Under the pieces are notes generated by a model. That model worked only from the letters and a program-made list of their open reading frames with translations. It searched no databases and was not told the DNA's origin. 64,000 bases of DNA from Dicyema japonicum (lineage: Eukaryota > Animalia > Dicyemida), in the NCBI GenBank assembly GCA_011109175.1, contig RDEW01000004.1, positions 768,030-832,029 on the forward strand, read 5' to 3'. This document shows positions 1-11,892 of the stretch, in pieces. How positions within the stretch are numbered: position 1 is the stretch's first letter; every line of letters starts with the position of its first letter. The translations under genes were made by a program, and so were the position numbers.

Positions 1-924
1 GCAGGCGTGTGACCTGCATAAATGATTGTTATATAGTCGACCACATTGCACGCATTCTACACAGCAGTCCGTTGGTTGTCGTTCATAAGCGCTCAAACGA
101 TTTAAAATTTTGGAAATGTATGACGACATCAATCGTTTCATTACAACCCTTGATTTTCCTAACTGCAAAGAACTCAAGTGTACTTACATTTGCAAAATAT
201 GAAATGAATGATTACAATTGTTATATTTGGCGTCGTGGAGTGTCATCGAATATAGCCTTTGTAGTAGGTTTGAAAATTACTACCAAATGTGTCAATAAAA
301 TTGGGAACATAATCGCGATGCGAATCGGCGACTCCTGTCAACAGAAATGGTTCTCTCGTCGGTTCGGAGTTGTCATTGTCCGCGGAAACACTCACTGTCT
401 TGTTTCTATTTTTTGTTAACTAATTGTGAAATTTAGTTCCTATATATCATCAGCCACCCCTTTTCTCGTCTGTTCTTCCTTAACGATCCGATGGCTAGTA
501 AGAAGGACAGCGATCTGACTCCCCGAGCTCTCGTCCATCTAACTATCGCAGTCATCTATTTTACAAGACCGATTATTATTATTAGAAACTGAACTAAGAG
601 TTTGCTAGAGGGTTCATAGTTTTGCCTTTATGGCCTGGCCACACGCACGTCCCCCATCTCCTAAATTACTAGTGTTCTCTCATGAGGAGTCTCAAGACAG
701 AGCCCTACGGGACTCCTCTCACAAATGAAATATCTTCTAATACGCACTTGAGATATCCTCCCGGTTAACAGGACAGCATTTATACAAGGAAAGAACCTTT
801 TAATAAAGTCTTGCGGATATTCAGTCTCAGAGAATATCATTCGATCGAATTTCTATTTTTTACAGCACAACCTCAGTAACTGATAAGATTAAATGTAAAT
901 GAGTGAAAATAATCAACCAATAAA

Positions 925-2137
925 ATGCCAGAACGAAATATAACCTTTTTGGGTTGCACCATAGGTCAGACGTCTTCAATGTCCCTTCTCGACTCAGGCC
1001 TTTCGCCCAACTTCTCAAGCGGAGTGCGCACTCGTCTCGACAGTCCACTTTATATGGGAGTCTTCTGGCATTCTTTGGGTGGAAATCATCTCACATTTGT
1101 ATTCTATACACATGGTCTCCACTGATTATATGCGTACAGGACCCCCATATTACGGAATCCCCGTAGAATCGCTGTTGAATAACATCATTACTCAACAAGG
1201 CATATATATTAGTCACTATCGCACAAAACTATGTTTTAGAAGGACATGGTGGAATGTTTGGCTTGCGGGATTGAGACCTCCCAGAAGCATTATAAATTAC
1301 CCATATGTTCCACGTGTAATTCGTTTTTTAGGTTCTAATTCTTATCATCCCCCAGATATAATGCCAAGCACCGTCGATATTCATTTTGCTACAGAAATGG
1401 GCACTGTGATGTTAACTTTTTAATAAAAGACAAATGTAAAGCTTGTCGACTCCAGAAATTCTTCAACGTGGGTCTCAGCTATGAGGGTTTCAATATTTTA
1501 AAACTCAGTGATTTACGACAATTATATCACGAAAACACCGCCACATGAGAAACTCGTGTACATCGATTCCATCATGGACGACGTATTCGAGCCTATAATT
1601 CGTAGATTATTACTTTTAGGACATTTTATCATTTTTTGAGGTCTGCCAAGTCCTTCGCTATGTCTCAGGAAATGAAAAGTTACACGTGGTTGAACTCAAA
1701 GTGGATTGAAACATTGATTCAGCAGGAAAAAATATTATGCTCGGCATCGGTAAGACTGCCGGTTTAGAATGTAGGATTTGCTGTATTACCGCTATTTCTC
1801 TCTGAGCATGAATTTGGTGATTAGTTGTCTCATCATATGTGAGTCCTCCCAAAATGAAGTATCATTCCACCAATCTTTGCAGATTTTTAACAATTTGAAA
1901 CATAGTTTGGATTTTTTGAATTTATCGTACTTGGATTTCAACTATTTTCGGATTATTTGCTTTTTTAGGTGCTACTTTCAAGATCATTCTGTGGGGGTTT
2001 ACATATATCACCATTATTTACAATTATTAGTTGTGAATTGTTCGCACAACAAAGAACGTGTCCGACAAATATTGCAATTAATTCCGGAAATTAAAATATT
2101 ATCAGAATTATTATATGAATATTTTAACGAGATATAA
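925..2137 (+). CDS. Nuclear hormone receptor (C4 zinc-finger DBD plus divergent ligand-binding domain), multi-exon; 5' exon structure uncertain
   Basis: Removing the 24-nt GT-AG intron 1332-1355 gives CLACGIETSQKHYKLPICSTCNSFFR|YNAKHRRYSFCYRNGHCDVNFLIKDKCKACRLQKFFNVGL, with exact C-x2-C-x13-C-x2-C and C-x5-C-x9-C-x2-C spacing. A 22-nt intron follows at 1487-1508. ORF 1778-2137 (LKHSLDFLNLSYLDFNYFRIICFF...RVRQILQLIPEIKILSE) resembles the C-terminal helices of an LBD. Confidence 0.85.
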
Positions 2138-2479
2138 TTCTTAATTTTTGATAATTATTATTTTAATATAAATTATTTTATTAAATCGGCATATCCTATC
2201 CACTCACTTTCCTTGTGGGTCTCAACAAAGACCTTAGGATGATTGGAAAAAAACTCGAATGTATAGACAACCTGGAAGACTCAAGGTCGCATGCAGTGGA
2301 CCGAGACGTCTGGTGGAGAGGATTTTAAATCTTGTGGCACAAATGGCACCTTATTTAATACAACATTCTTTGGTTCTGTGAACGTTTGTTTAATAAGAAT
2401 ACCCTACCTTTTGGAACCACTCCAGATTGCCGCCCGACATTCTCTATGAGAACGAGAAGCACAGCGATTTTATATGAGA

Positions 2480-2743
2480 TGTAGGAGGCTGTTTTGACAT
2501 ATACTTTGTCTGGAGCTGGGTACGACAGTGAACGTGGCCATGGAGGACTACATTATTCCAGGTTTCCTTGATCGACCGAGGATAACCCTACCTACCGTCC
2601 TTGATGAAGACATTAAGGAAATCGGGAGACGACTCATGGAAGGGGAAGAACTTGAAAGGCTACGAGACATGACAAAAAGTCGTCAAAAATGCAAAAAGTT
2701 AACTAGTAGTTTGATTTTCCATGTTGCACGTGCTTTAGTTTGA
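2480..2743 (+). mobile_element. RTE-like LINE 3' fragment (degraded)
   Basis: NVAMEDYI...RPRITLPTVLDEDIK...ELERLR matches the C-terminus of the better-preserved copy at 21702-22396. Confidence 0.7.
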
Positions 2744-2799
2744 TTTTTTTCTACTAAAATCACGAAAACCTAAAAGAAACAAAAAGTGGCTTAAAAAAG

Positions 2800-4060
2800 A
2801 CACAAAAACTGGTTGTAACCTGCTTACATTTGTAGACTGCCTAGATTGGGAATCTTGTGTTCTTCCAAAGGAGATCACTTATGTATTCAAAACCCACAAT
2901 TTAATGACGTTTCTACTCAATTGTAATTGAAATCAACTGGGGAACCGGTGGGTTTCGTGGATTCTACGTGTTCCAGACGTCATAGCTGAAGCGCTTTACA
3001 TATTTTCTCTCCCAGTTGGATAGAAATCCCGATGCGGATTGTATTATTGTTGAGGTGGGTACCAATAGTTCTAATTGGGGGAACATAGATCTATGCGCAA
3101 CTCCCTTTATACCTCTTAGCAACCGGTGTTGATTAGAGTTTTTTAGTTGCTTCTCAAATTTATCTTCGAACAGGATTTTGTGAAGATCTTTTTGTTTCGG
3201 TGGTCAAACTTTCGAGTACTCTGGTCTCTGATGATTCTGTAGGGAGATGAAGAATCATCTCGATCAACGCCTAACTAGAGTTCAGGGATAGAAGAATGCT
3301 TTCGTATACTAAATCCGTGGGAGAGAAAATTCCCAGGCTACCGGAGCGGACGGCTAGGGTTGCTTTACATTCTTGTTGTCAAATAGGAATGGTTCAGTTT
3401 TGTCCCCCAGGAAAAGGGAATGCAGGGGCATTCATCATCTCAGACGTCCGAATGTGATTTTAGATGTTGTTTAATTTTGAGAGGGTCACTATAGGGGTAC
3501 TTCTAGCTGGTGTGCTGAGGTCTCTGAAGATGGAGAAAGGATCAGTTTTTATCAGGCAGCAGGAATCCAAAATTGATCACCTCACATTTGAAATGTTCAG
3601 ACTTAATTCGATGCTCTCAGTTGAAATATTAGTCTTCTTATTCCCCAGCATATTGTTTGGCTGGCATAGTGTAATCGTCCATCACACATTCAAAGACTTA
3701 TAACAATATCCTGTGACACGGACGACTCCGAGATTAATCGGAGATGGGCCCAGTTTACATACTTTTTTGACAACGGAACCCACTGCAACAAGACATATTC
3801 CTTTTTCCAGTAATTGGCGAGAGCGTGAATTGTTTCTGGTAGGTTCTAGGAAAGCATTCTGTTTATTAATTTTCCGATATTCGATAGGACACATCCGAAT
3901 ACCAGAGATGCCGTTTTCTGAGAAATCAAGTTTTTTTAATTTCCTGGAAAAGGTCATCATGTCTTTTACTGCTACTCGGAGATCCATCTGCCTACTACAT
4001 CAGTCATTAACCACAGATGACTCAAGTTTTAGCTTGAAATTGATATATTTTTACTTGAAA
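2800..4060 (-). mobile_element. CRE-like non-LTR retrotransposon fragment (RT C-terminal region), degraded
   Basis: The minus strand reads KATLAVRSGSLGIFSPTDL, homologous to TLPISLGGLGIPSPKDL of the copy at 22480-23350. Multiple stops and frameshifts. Confidence 0.6.
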
Positions 4061-4074
4061 AAGCCCGAACCAAA

Positions 4075-4345
4075 ATCATGAGGTCCCCGGTTTGAATCTC
4101 ACTGCTGTTTATTCGGTCGAAGGTTCCGCGATATTTTAGGATTAATGAGTGACTCCGTCATCAATATTTCATCACTGCGGAACAGGATTGTCTTCTGGAA
4201 CTCACACACACAAAAAGAAAATAACGAAAAGTCAAAAACACATGTATTGGACATGCCTTGGATTAATTAACATGACTGTTTACTTCTTAAAATAAAGTAT
4301 GAGTTCTGCCTAAGGTGAGTTTAAGTAATGGAAACCTACAACATG
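4075..4345 (+). mobile_element. tRNA-derived SINE family A, copy with alternative 3' end
   Basis: B-box-like ggtttgaatc followed by the core gaaggttcc...gagtgactccgtcatca...cactgcggaac shared with copies at 16.5k, 19.4k, 27.3k, 56k and 59.4k. The 3' part matches the 27.3k copy. Confidence 0.75.
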
Positions 4346-4458
4346 TCAGAAGGGTCGTTTTTTAACTTTGGTAGACAAGATATGCGGGTGTAAGCGATTG
4401 AGCCTGGAGATATTGGATTTTCGCTGGTATCCACTAAATCATTCCCCCGATTCTCAGA

Positions 4459-4640
4459 ATGGAAAAGGCATCCCCGTCAAACAGAGCTATGGAAGACTAC
4501 TATGAGACTACTACTATGTTTTTAAAGAGGGCCGTTTCCGTAGGTAGGCCTAGGGTAACATTGTTAGTCGCCCTTCACAAGGACCTGAAAAACGTAAAAC
4601 AACAACTGAAATCCGCTGACGACCTGGACGCATTAAGTCT
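4459..4640 (+). mobile_element. RTE-like LINE 3' fragment
   Basis: SPSNRAMEDYY...GRPRVTLLVALHKDLKNVKQQLKSADDLDAL matches ORF 22050-22337. Confidence 0.75.
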
Positions 4641-5944
4641 ACAGTGTAGACCAAGGTTTCCCAGAGTGACAGATATCTCCACAAGTGGACGAACCATGGT
4701 TTGGATATCTTCCATTAACTCTAGCGTCTTCACAGTCAAGTCAGGAGTCGGCCATAAGCTTACCAAATAGTGCTGCGCAAAGAGTGATCTTAGTAGAACT
4801 ACTCTTTTCAGCTGGGTTCGACGGATAAGGCTAGTGTCTCAGAATATTTCTCACAGGAAACTTCTTGTCAACCACGGCAGCTCAAATATGGCTCCGTTTT
4901 GGGACGAAGAGCTTCAGGGCTGTCCATTGTTTTTGATACGCCAGGACGAATCGATCGAAAGTACCTTCTTTAGTTGTCTTCTAAGGATTAGGGAGACTCC
5001 CTCTTCCGTTGAGGGGGATCCATCAGGCTTGACAATTATGTTTAATGTAGCTCGGGACAGAAGAGGTATTCATTCTTGAATGCACTGCAAATCTCTTCAA
5101 GTATTCCGTTACAGTAACCCTCTCGAATCCGTCACCTCTTGAATCAGCCATCTTCAGAAAAAAGAGGACCTAGACCTTTGCTAACTTCAAAAAACAAGAC
5201 TGTCTCCATCCTCACCCACTTCAGTCTTCCGGAATATAACATTATCTGATGTGACCGTCCTTCTGGCCGAGCTAATGGAGTCACTACAATCATCAAGAAG
5301 GAAACTTCCTTCACGGAAAAAATACATGTCCACTCTCCCCCTCCCTTTGAATGCAGCACAATTTCAACAAACATTGGATACTTCACCGTATTGAAAATGT
5401 ATTTACCCCTCCCAGTTCCTGCCCCAAAGGGTTCAGTTTCTCACTGCCAGATATCGAGGATACCAATAACCTGTCCAAAATTCCGAAAAGTGTCTCATAT
5501 AGGAAATATGTCGGTTCTCAAAAAGAACACCGCGAAAGGATGAGACGGCTGCCTAAGGAGGCCGGGATCACCTGACGGTCACCTATACTGAAAACAAGCA
5601 ATACTGACCGACATTATTCGTAACAAAACATTGGTAGTACTTCAAAATCAGCATGAGGAAAATCCAGAAGATATGTGATATCAATTCGAAGAATACGTGA
5701 CTTTCCGAGGTGATTAACATCCAAGTCACTTAATACATTAAAAAATATTTAAACAATTTTTTAATTATCATTTATTAAAAATATTTAAACAATTTTTAAT
5801 CATCATTTACATAGTCATAATAATTATCGAAAATGTGTCGGTTCCCGAGAGCAACACCGGGAAAAGATGAGAATATTGCTGAGAGATGCCGGGATCACCT
5901 GATGGCTTTTTCTTTTAATTAGTTTAGCTGGTGATTTTGTGGCT

Positions 5945-6275
5945 TATTAATAATAACAATAACACCAGAGACCACGGTTACACAAACTAACTAATCACGT
6001 GATCCCATCACGCTCTAGCAGGTACCTCATCTTGGCCCGATGCTCTTCCCTCGACCCCACACAAGCACGAATCGGTTAAGTGACTGGACCTTTGCAGTCA
6101 TTACGGCGTGTCCGTAGTTCAATCGCATTGGCAGCAGGAACTCTACAGAAATCTAGCGTTTCGTGATTTTGGAGGCTCTTTTTCGGCTAGCCTCGATCTT
6201 TAAGACATTTGTCCAAAAGATGAATGGGCTCCATATACCACATGCGTAGGAAATGCATGGTTCAATAACATAGTT
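5945..6275 (-). mobile_element. Ingi/Vingi-related LINE 3' end fragment ('AGIT*' family)
   Basis: Reverse complement is closely similar to 51940-52285 (...ctgctagagcgtg..gggatcacgtgattagttagtttgtgt..ccgtggtctctggtgttatt). Related short 'gccgggatcacctga' ends lie at about 5560 and 5890. Confidence 0.7.
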
Positions 6276-6295
6276 GTAGAGATTAATCTGGATTT

Positions 6296-6617
6296 ATTTA
6301 TTTATTAACCCCGGATACATCGAGAAAGAAGTTAAAGTAACCAACTAATTAAGTGTATCCAGTTTCCACTTCTACAGAAACAGAGTCCATCCGGAATCAG
6401 CATGAAGGGTAAAACGTCCATTACATGCAGTTGTGAAAACCCCTCCAGTGGAGTGGGGAAGAGCAAATGATCCTTTTTCATGCCTGCCTGGCACTGGGCG
6501 TCACCTAGACAGGTGGATCACATGACGCCACTCTATTAGGAAGAGAGAGGAGGAACAGACAAGCAAGCAGAAAATTTAAACCAATTAACCACGCAGCACC
6601 ACATGGCGCCACGCGGC
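6296..6617 (-). mobile_element. Non-autonomous Ingi-type element (family B): GC-rich head, HDV-like fold, LINE 3' tail
   Basis: Head gccgcgtggcgccatgtgg, then a pyrimidine tract tgttcctcctctc, the pseudoknot at 6467-6529, and the tail cacttaattagttggtt...cggggttaataaataa that matches the LINE 3' end at 60775-60845. Related copies at 18.5k, 21.4k and 36.3k. Confidence 0.75.
6467..6529 (-). ncRNA. HDV-like ribozyme-type pseudoknot (non-canonical core)
   Basis: P1 GGCGTC/GACGCC, J1/2 AT, P2 GTGATCC/GGATCAT, P3 ACC/GGT, L3 TGTCTA, P4 GTGCC/GGCAT, J4/2 GAAAAA. Confidence 0.6.
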
Positions 6618-8121
6618 AAAAAAAATCTGGATTTATTAAACAAGATAAATCATTAGTTTTTTATTTATTGATAAATAAATCTGTGATTTTCTATAATTTT
6701 ATTCTTTTTTTAGTGAATGCAAAATATCTGCTTTTAATCCTTCTTAAGAACTCTTTCAGCAGTTACTTGTTTGACTACATAAAGGTGCACTGTGAAAGCA
6801 TATCTCGCTGTAATCTTCTTCAAATCATAATAAAAAGTCTCTAAATTTTCATTTTCCAATTATATCCTGAAATCTCTCCAAAATTGAGACTTTCCCCGCA
6901 GTTTCGGTTTTCCCAAAACGAGGTCGGACTGTATTCCAAAAAAGTGGAATTAGACTAAGATTTACTGTACTTGCGCGATCAGTGGACATGTTGCAAGCAT
7001 AGACTATGCAGTGAACGTTCTATAGTGGACTCAGTCACACATTCAGTGGCATAGCCTACAAACTTTCCAGGGGCGTGTTTCGATGTTAAACTGATTGTCA
7101 GTATTTTTGAGTATGATGACTTACAATATCTTGGAGAATCGACGATGAAGATCTAAAAATTGTCCCAACCATGGTTAAGTAATGGGATCGTTGTTAATGT
7201 CAGAACCTCGAAACAGATATGCGTACAATCGCCTACCATCCTGATTTGTGGTTTTACGTCTAAAACACGTGCTTTTGAGTTTAAGATAGTAAACAATGCA
7301 ATTTCACATATTCTCTCAGAGGCTTTGAGAAGAGACTGCCAATAGATTTTAAACCTGACATTTTTCTTTAGTGCGTCTTTCGAAGTGGTCCCGGTTAATA
7401 ACTACTACCACCAAATAAATTTTTATTACTCAATCAAACCACCACAATTATGAATAAACACCCTCCACGCTAAAAAAACCACTTTGTTGTTTCCCATATT
7501 TACAAATTTTTATTTGTGCAGCCAGCAATCGATTTGTTTTGACATCGCTTAATGGACTCATAACCGTATTTAAAAGCAGACATCGTGATTGATAGGACAC
7601 CCCTATAACGATATGTATGGAAATGGGCTCAATTCTTCGCAGTCGTCTCATCCTTTTGCTATAAACGACCGGGAGCTTCCACTTGCGATGAACAGTGCTC
7701 TCAATGACGAACAGCGCTTACTAATTTATAGTATTAAAGGTAGAGAATATTTCAGTTTTTTCATCCAAAAATTAAAACAGCCTAAGCTATCTCCATTCTT
7801 ACATACTTCCACATTACATAACCACCATCAACTAGTTAATACACACTTCCACAATCATCACCACAATAAGACACAAACCAAAGAGATTCAAATATCTTAG
7901 GTGCCACATTCTCCCACACATGCCAACCAAAGCACTACGCACTACACGTGAAATTCAAAAATGAAAGGACACTGTGGAGACTTCTAAAAACCCAGAAGAG
8001 CCCACAAGAATACTATGAGACTATCCCCTATATTAAGAGCCTACTAACCGTAAAAACTATCCCCATAAGAGATAAAGATAAAAAAGAAGTGAATCTAAAT
8101 GATTAATAAATATATTCCTCT

Positions 8122-8665
8122 TCAGCTTGAGTCATCTAAACATATCGGACAGGTAAACAACCATGAAACCACCAGGAAGTCATTCGGGGATCCTTTTTGC
8201 ATGATCTGACGTAGGACATGTTGTCGAATGGCTGTGTCTAGAAATCAACTCCCAGGTAACCTTTTTTTTGCAGGAACTCAGCATTGAGAGTATGCTTAGG
8301 CAGATTGCCGACACCGATAACGCCGGGACCATCTTGTGCCAAAATTGAAACACAAATATGTCCATTACTGTACACGTGTGGGTTAACCGGGATATCGGGA
8401 GGGCAAAACGTCACCTGAGGAGGACGGAAGGGGTAAGTATCGTTGAAAATAAGCTTTAGGCGAAATTTTTCGTTGCTATAAAGTGTGTTTTCGGCCCCTG
8501 TTATGTCCACGTGCCAGACATCAATGTTGTCCCAGACCTCGTTGAAATTGATATCAAACCCCTCAATTGGAGAGGCTACTAGCATCCGTAATTCTTTATA
8601 CAGTCGTTTCTATAAATTATGAAAAGACTTACGGCAGCTGGGGAATTAACATCCAATTTAGACAT
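8122..8665 (-). CDS. UBE2W: Ubiquitin-conjugating enzyme E2 W
   Basis: Spliced product MSKLDVNSPAA|KRLYKELRML...YPFRPPQVTF...PHVYSNGHICVSIL...PALSVSAICLSILSMLSSCKKK|TQPFDNMSYVRSCKKDPRMTSWWFH|DDSS*, with the UBE2W-specific NGHIC and WW.HDD motifs. Introns 8610-8632 (23 nt), 8238-8260 (23 nt) and 8136-8161 (26 nt). Apparent 2-nt deletion near 8321-8333. Confidence 0.92.
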
Positions 8666-9525
8666 AATAAAACAACACAACAAGAATCGAAATACTTGAT
8701 TTTATATTAATTTTAATAATTTAATTATTATCTTAAATTTGTATATTTTATTATAAAAATCCGATTCATTAGATTTTAAAACATATTTTGATTTCCTTAA
8801 AATATATAACACAATAATATTTATTTCTTAAAACAAATAGCTTTTTGCTTTAAAAAAACCCAAAAGTCAATTTAAGTAAGATTTCGTTAATTCGATAATA
8901 GTCGCTTAAATCGATCAACAAAATATCAATAAAGATAAAAATATGTATTGTCTCATTCTTGAGCCTAGTGATGTAAATTTGCAGCACTTACGACTTTCGT
9001 TTTAAAAACCGCACAAAAGTTTCTGTGACTTATCTTCAAAGATCACTTTGTGGTTGATCAATTTCTTGTCGATCCCTACCGTTTGGCGTCATTTCCTCTT
9101 AATTTAATAATGACTCGTAATCCACGTCTCTTTAGTTTTAATTAATACAGCGTCGGATACGCCTCTGAGACATTCTCCAATGACCTATCGTGAATGTTGT
9201 TATCAGGAGCAAGCCTTGAAGATTTCCTAAAACTACATTCCACGATATCTTAAATGATCAACTAACCAATTCAGATCATAAGTATGGGAGAAGAGGTCGA
9301 AAGACTGGCTCTGGTAAATTTTAGGTGAATATGTCTGACTTAAATTTTATCGCACTCAATTCTTAGGCTGAAGAGTTTTCATAATGGTAATCTTCACCAG
9401 TGGATTTGGTCAGGGAGAAGATTGGAAGATCTCTTTCAACAACTCTGTCGTGCCAGAAGGACTGGTCACCTTCACGACCCCGAGATCTGTTTAACGAGAT
9501 TTGACCTTCGCTTAAAAATCCATCT

Positions 9526-9590
9526 TTTGGATTCGAACCCATGACCTTCAGATCCGATGTCTCAGACGTTACGACCAGCCAAGCGTCGCA
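9526..9590 (-). other. tRNA-like Pol III head (SINE head or tRNA pseudogene)
   Basis: Minus strand reads gcgacgcttggctggtcgtaacg...gaaggtcatgggttcgaatcc, with a clear B-box GGTTCGAATCC but no intact cloverleaf. Confidence 0.35.
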
Positions 9591-9639
9591 TAAAATAATC
9601 GAACAAATAAAGCTAATTTTTATTTTATTTATTTAACTC

Positions 9640-10030
9640 CAAGACCAACAAGAAAGATAGGTCAGAACTAACTAATTAGGTGATCCCAGCCTCCAACAAC
9701 ATCCGAACTCTCTTCGTCTGGTCTTCTGAGTCTTCTGACTCTCTTCGTCTGAGGACCCAGCCGCATTCCGGAAGCGCCTTCTCTTCCTTCTGCATAGGAA
9801 TTCAATCGGCGTGTACTTTTTTATAATCGACCGAAATTCCTCTGCATGGGCCACCTTTTCCTTGAGTGGGTTTCCCAGTTCCTTGCAAAAACGTGGGAAA
9901 CCCTGGCCATTCTTCAACGTCGCCTCATCAGAAACGAGGCCGCCAATGGTGATGTCAGTGTGGTGCATAATTTTCTTCCTGAGAAAGTTCAAACGATCAA
10001 TTCTCGAAGAGGGAATGGCAAATCTCCAGG
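9640..10030 (-). mobile_element. Ingi-related 'AGIT*' family 3' fragment
   Basis: GNPLKEKVAHAEEFRSIIKKYTPIEFL is shared with 35473-35712 (GNPFREVAAHAKEFRSSIKKCTPIEFL). It ends in gctgggatcacctaattagttag. Confidence 0.6.
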
Positions 10031-10059
10031 CGGAGAGGCATATTCAATAGTTTCTTACT

Positions 10060-11770
10060 TAATGATTTGACTATCCTCAATGACCCGGACGCTCACACAA
10101 GGACCCCTACCCGCAGAAGGGACAGTCCAACATCTCTGGACCTGTATCTCTGCTCTCCTTCTATGGATGGATGTATTTCATAGAATGTTCGTTATTGTTT
10201 CTCAAGCGACCATAACACATTGTGTTTAGATTTAGAAGGCCTATTTGTTCACTGTGTTGTTCTACAAAATTCAAAAATTATTTGAAAGCTGAGTGGCAAG
10301 GTTTCAGGGCGAATGTGGACAATAGTCTGCTTGATCTTACTATAGACAATTGTACAGTAGAGAAGGCGGACAAGATTCTGTCAGCTATTATTTTGAAAGC
10401 TGATAAATTATTTATACCTGTCGCCTCTTACAAGAAGTTCAATCCAAGATTATCATCGCAAATTGTGTCACTCATCAAGAAACAAGATGTGCTGAAGAGA
10501 AAAAGAACGCAGTCTAATAACTCCTTTTATTCTGAATACCTAATAACTCCTAAACTTGTCCGAATTATTAACAGACTCAAATGGAGCCGTCTAGTTGGAC
10601 GACTATGTCACAAAAACTCGTGCCACATTTTGGAAAACGCTAAGAAGGATCAATAGTCTTATCAATGAGGAGGATTGCGGAACTGAGGTCGTTACCCGCA
10701 ATGCTTCGGAACCCGCTCGAAAACTTGCAAACAAGATTATGAAGTACAACGTATCGATCAGCCATAAAGATTTTTCTCGCTCTCCACATGTTGAACGAGG
10801 GTATTCCACCTTTTTCACCCCCATGATGTTGACAAGGCTATCAAATACCATACGCTATCTCATATATGGAAGAATTCCCTGATTACGCCAATTCTAAAGC
10901 CTGGAAAACCAAAAGACGTTCCTTCTTACCGCCCCGTCTCAATAACTTGTGTTTTATCAAAAATGCTGGAAAAGCATGTGTTAATGCGTATCTCTCCTGT
11001 TCTACAACTACCAGAATTTCAACATGGTTTCAGGGCAGGCCGTTCTACAACGACTTTTTGGGTTCTATCTCCCAGTTTATTACTGACGGCTTCAACGTGA
11101 AAACACACTCACGGACGGCCTTAGTATCCATCGATATACAGAAGGCCTTTGATTCTGTTCCTAGGAAACTCCTAACGCAAAAGATTTTTAATTCGAACTT
11201 ACATCCGAACATCAAGCTATGGATGGAAAATTTCTTAACTGGGCGACGCCGAAGGGTCCGGATTGACAAAACCACTTCAAAATCAAGACTACTCCCCAAT
11301 GGGGTCCCGCAAAGCTCCCTTTATCTCCTCTTTTTTTCAATCTATTTCTAAATGACCTACCTACTACCAATGACCAGGACACTATGTTTTATATGCGGAC
11401 GACCTAATTATCGCTGCAAGAGATAAATCGCCTTCCGTGGCTTGAGCAATTGTTCAGTCACACCTAAACCGGGTATGTGACTGGCTATCTGCAAATATGT
11501 TATGTGTGTCAGCATCTAAATCCAGTTCACCATTTTCACTACTGATAGAAGATTTAAGGATGGACTCGAACTATTTTTTTGAGATACTTCTATCCCTTCT
11601 ACGCGGATCCAGAAGATCCTTGGGTAGTTTTCGACTCTCGGATGACGTTCTCGAGTCAAGTGGAGGAGATGCTTGACAAGGGTCTTTGAAAATGGAACAT
11701 TTTAAAAGCGATCATAAAGTAGAGCCCTTTCCCACCTGCTGCTTGCGTCAACAAGGTCTACCAACAAGTC
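10060..11770 (+). mobile_element. Degraded Ingi/Vingi-like LINE (APE end plus RT)
   Basis: ITDGFNVKTHSRTALVSIDIQKAFDSV...LLPNGVPQ and a downstream YADDL motif are colinear with the intact ORF 38955-42212. Many frameshifts and stops. Confidence 0.85.
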
Positions 11771-11892
11771 ATGAAGCTAATAACATTGACTACTTTACTC
11801 AAATAAATAAAATTTAAATCAAAAATACTCCGATTAATTGTAAAATTAAATATATTTATAATTTAATTAAAAGTTGTCGCTTAGAAACAGAA

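Noticed and set aside
1-419. ORF 9-419 (+) and a possible minus-strand spliced gene
   Set aside because: No recognisable domain, and I could not build a consistent exon chain. The locus may be truncated by the window edge.
6700-7740. Possible plus-strand spliced host gene
   Set aside because: Coding-like pieces and candidate tiny introns exist, but no family motif or consistent frame could be established.
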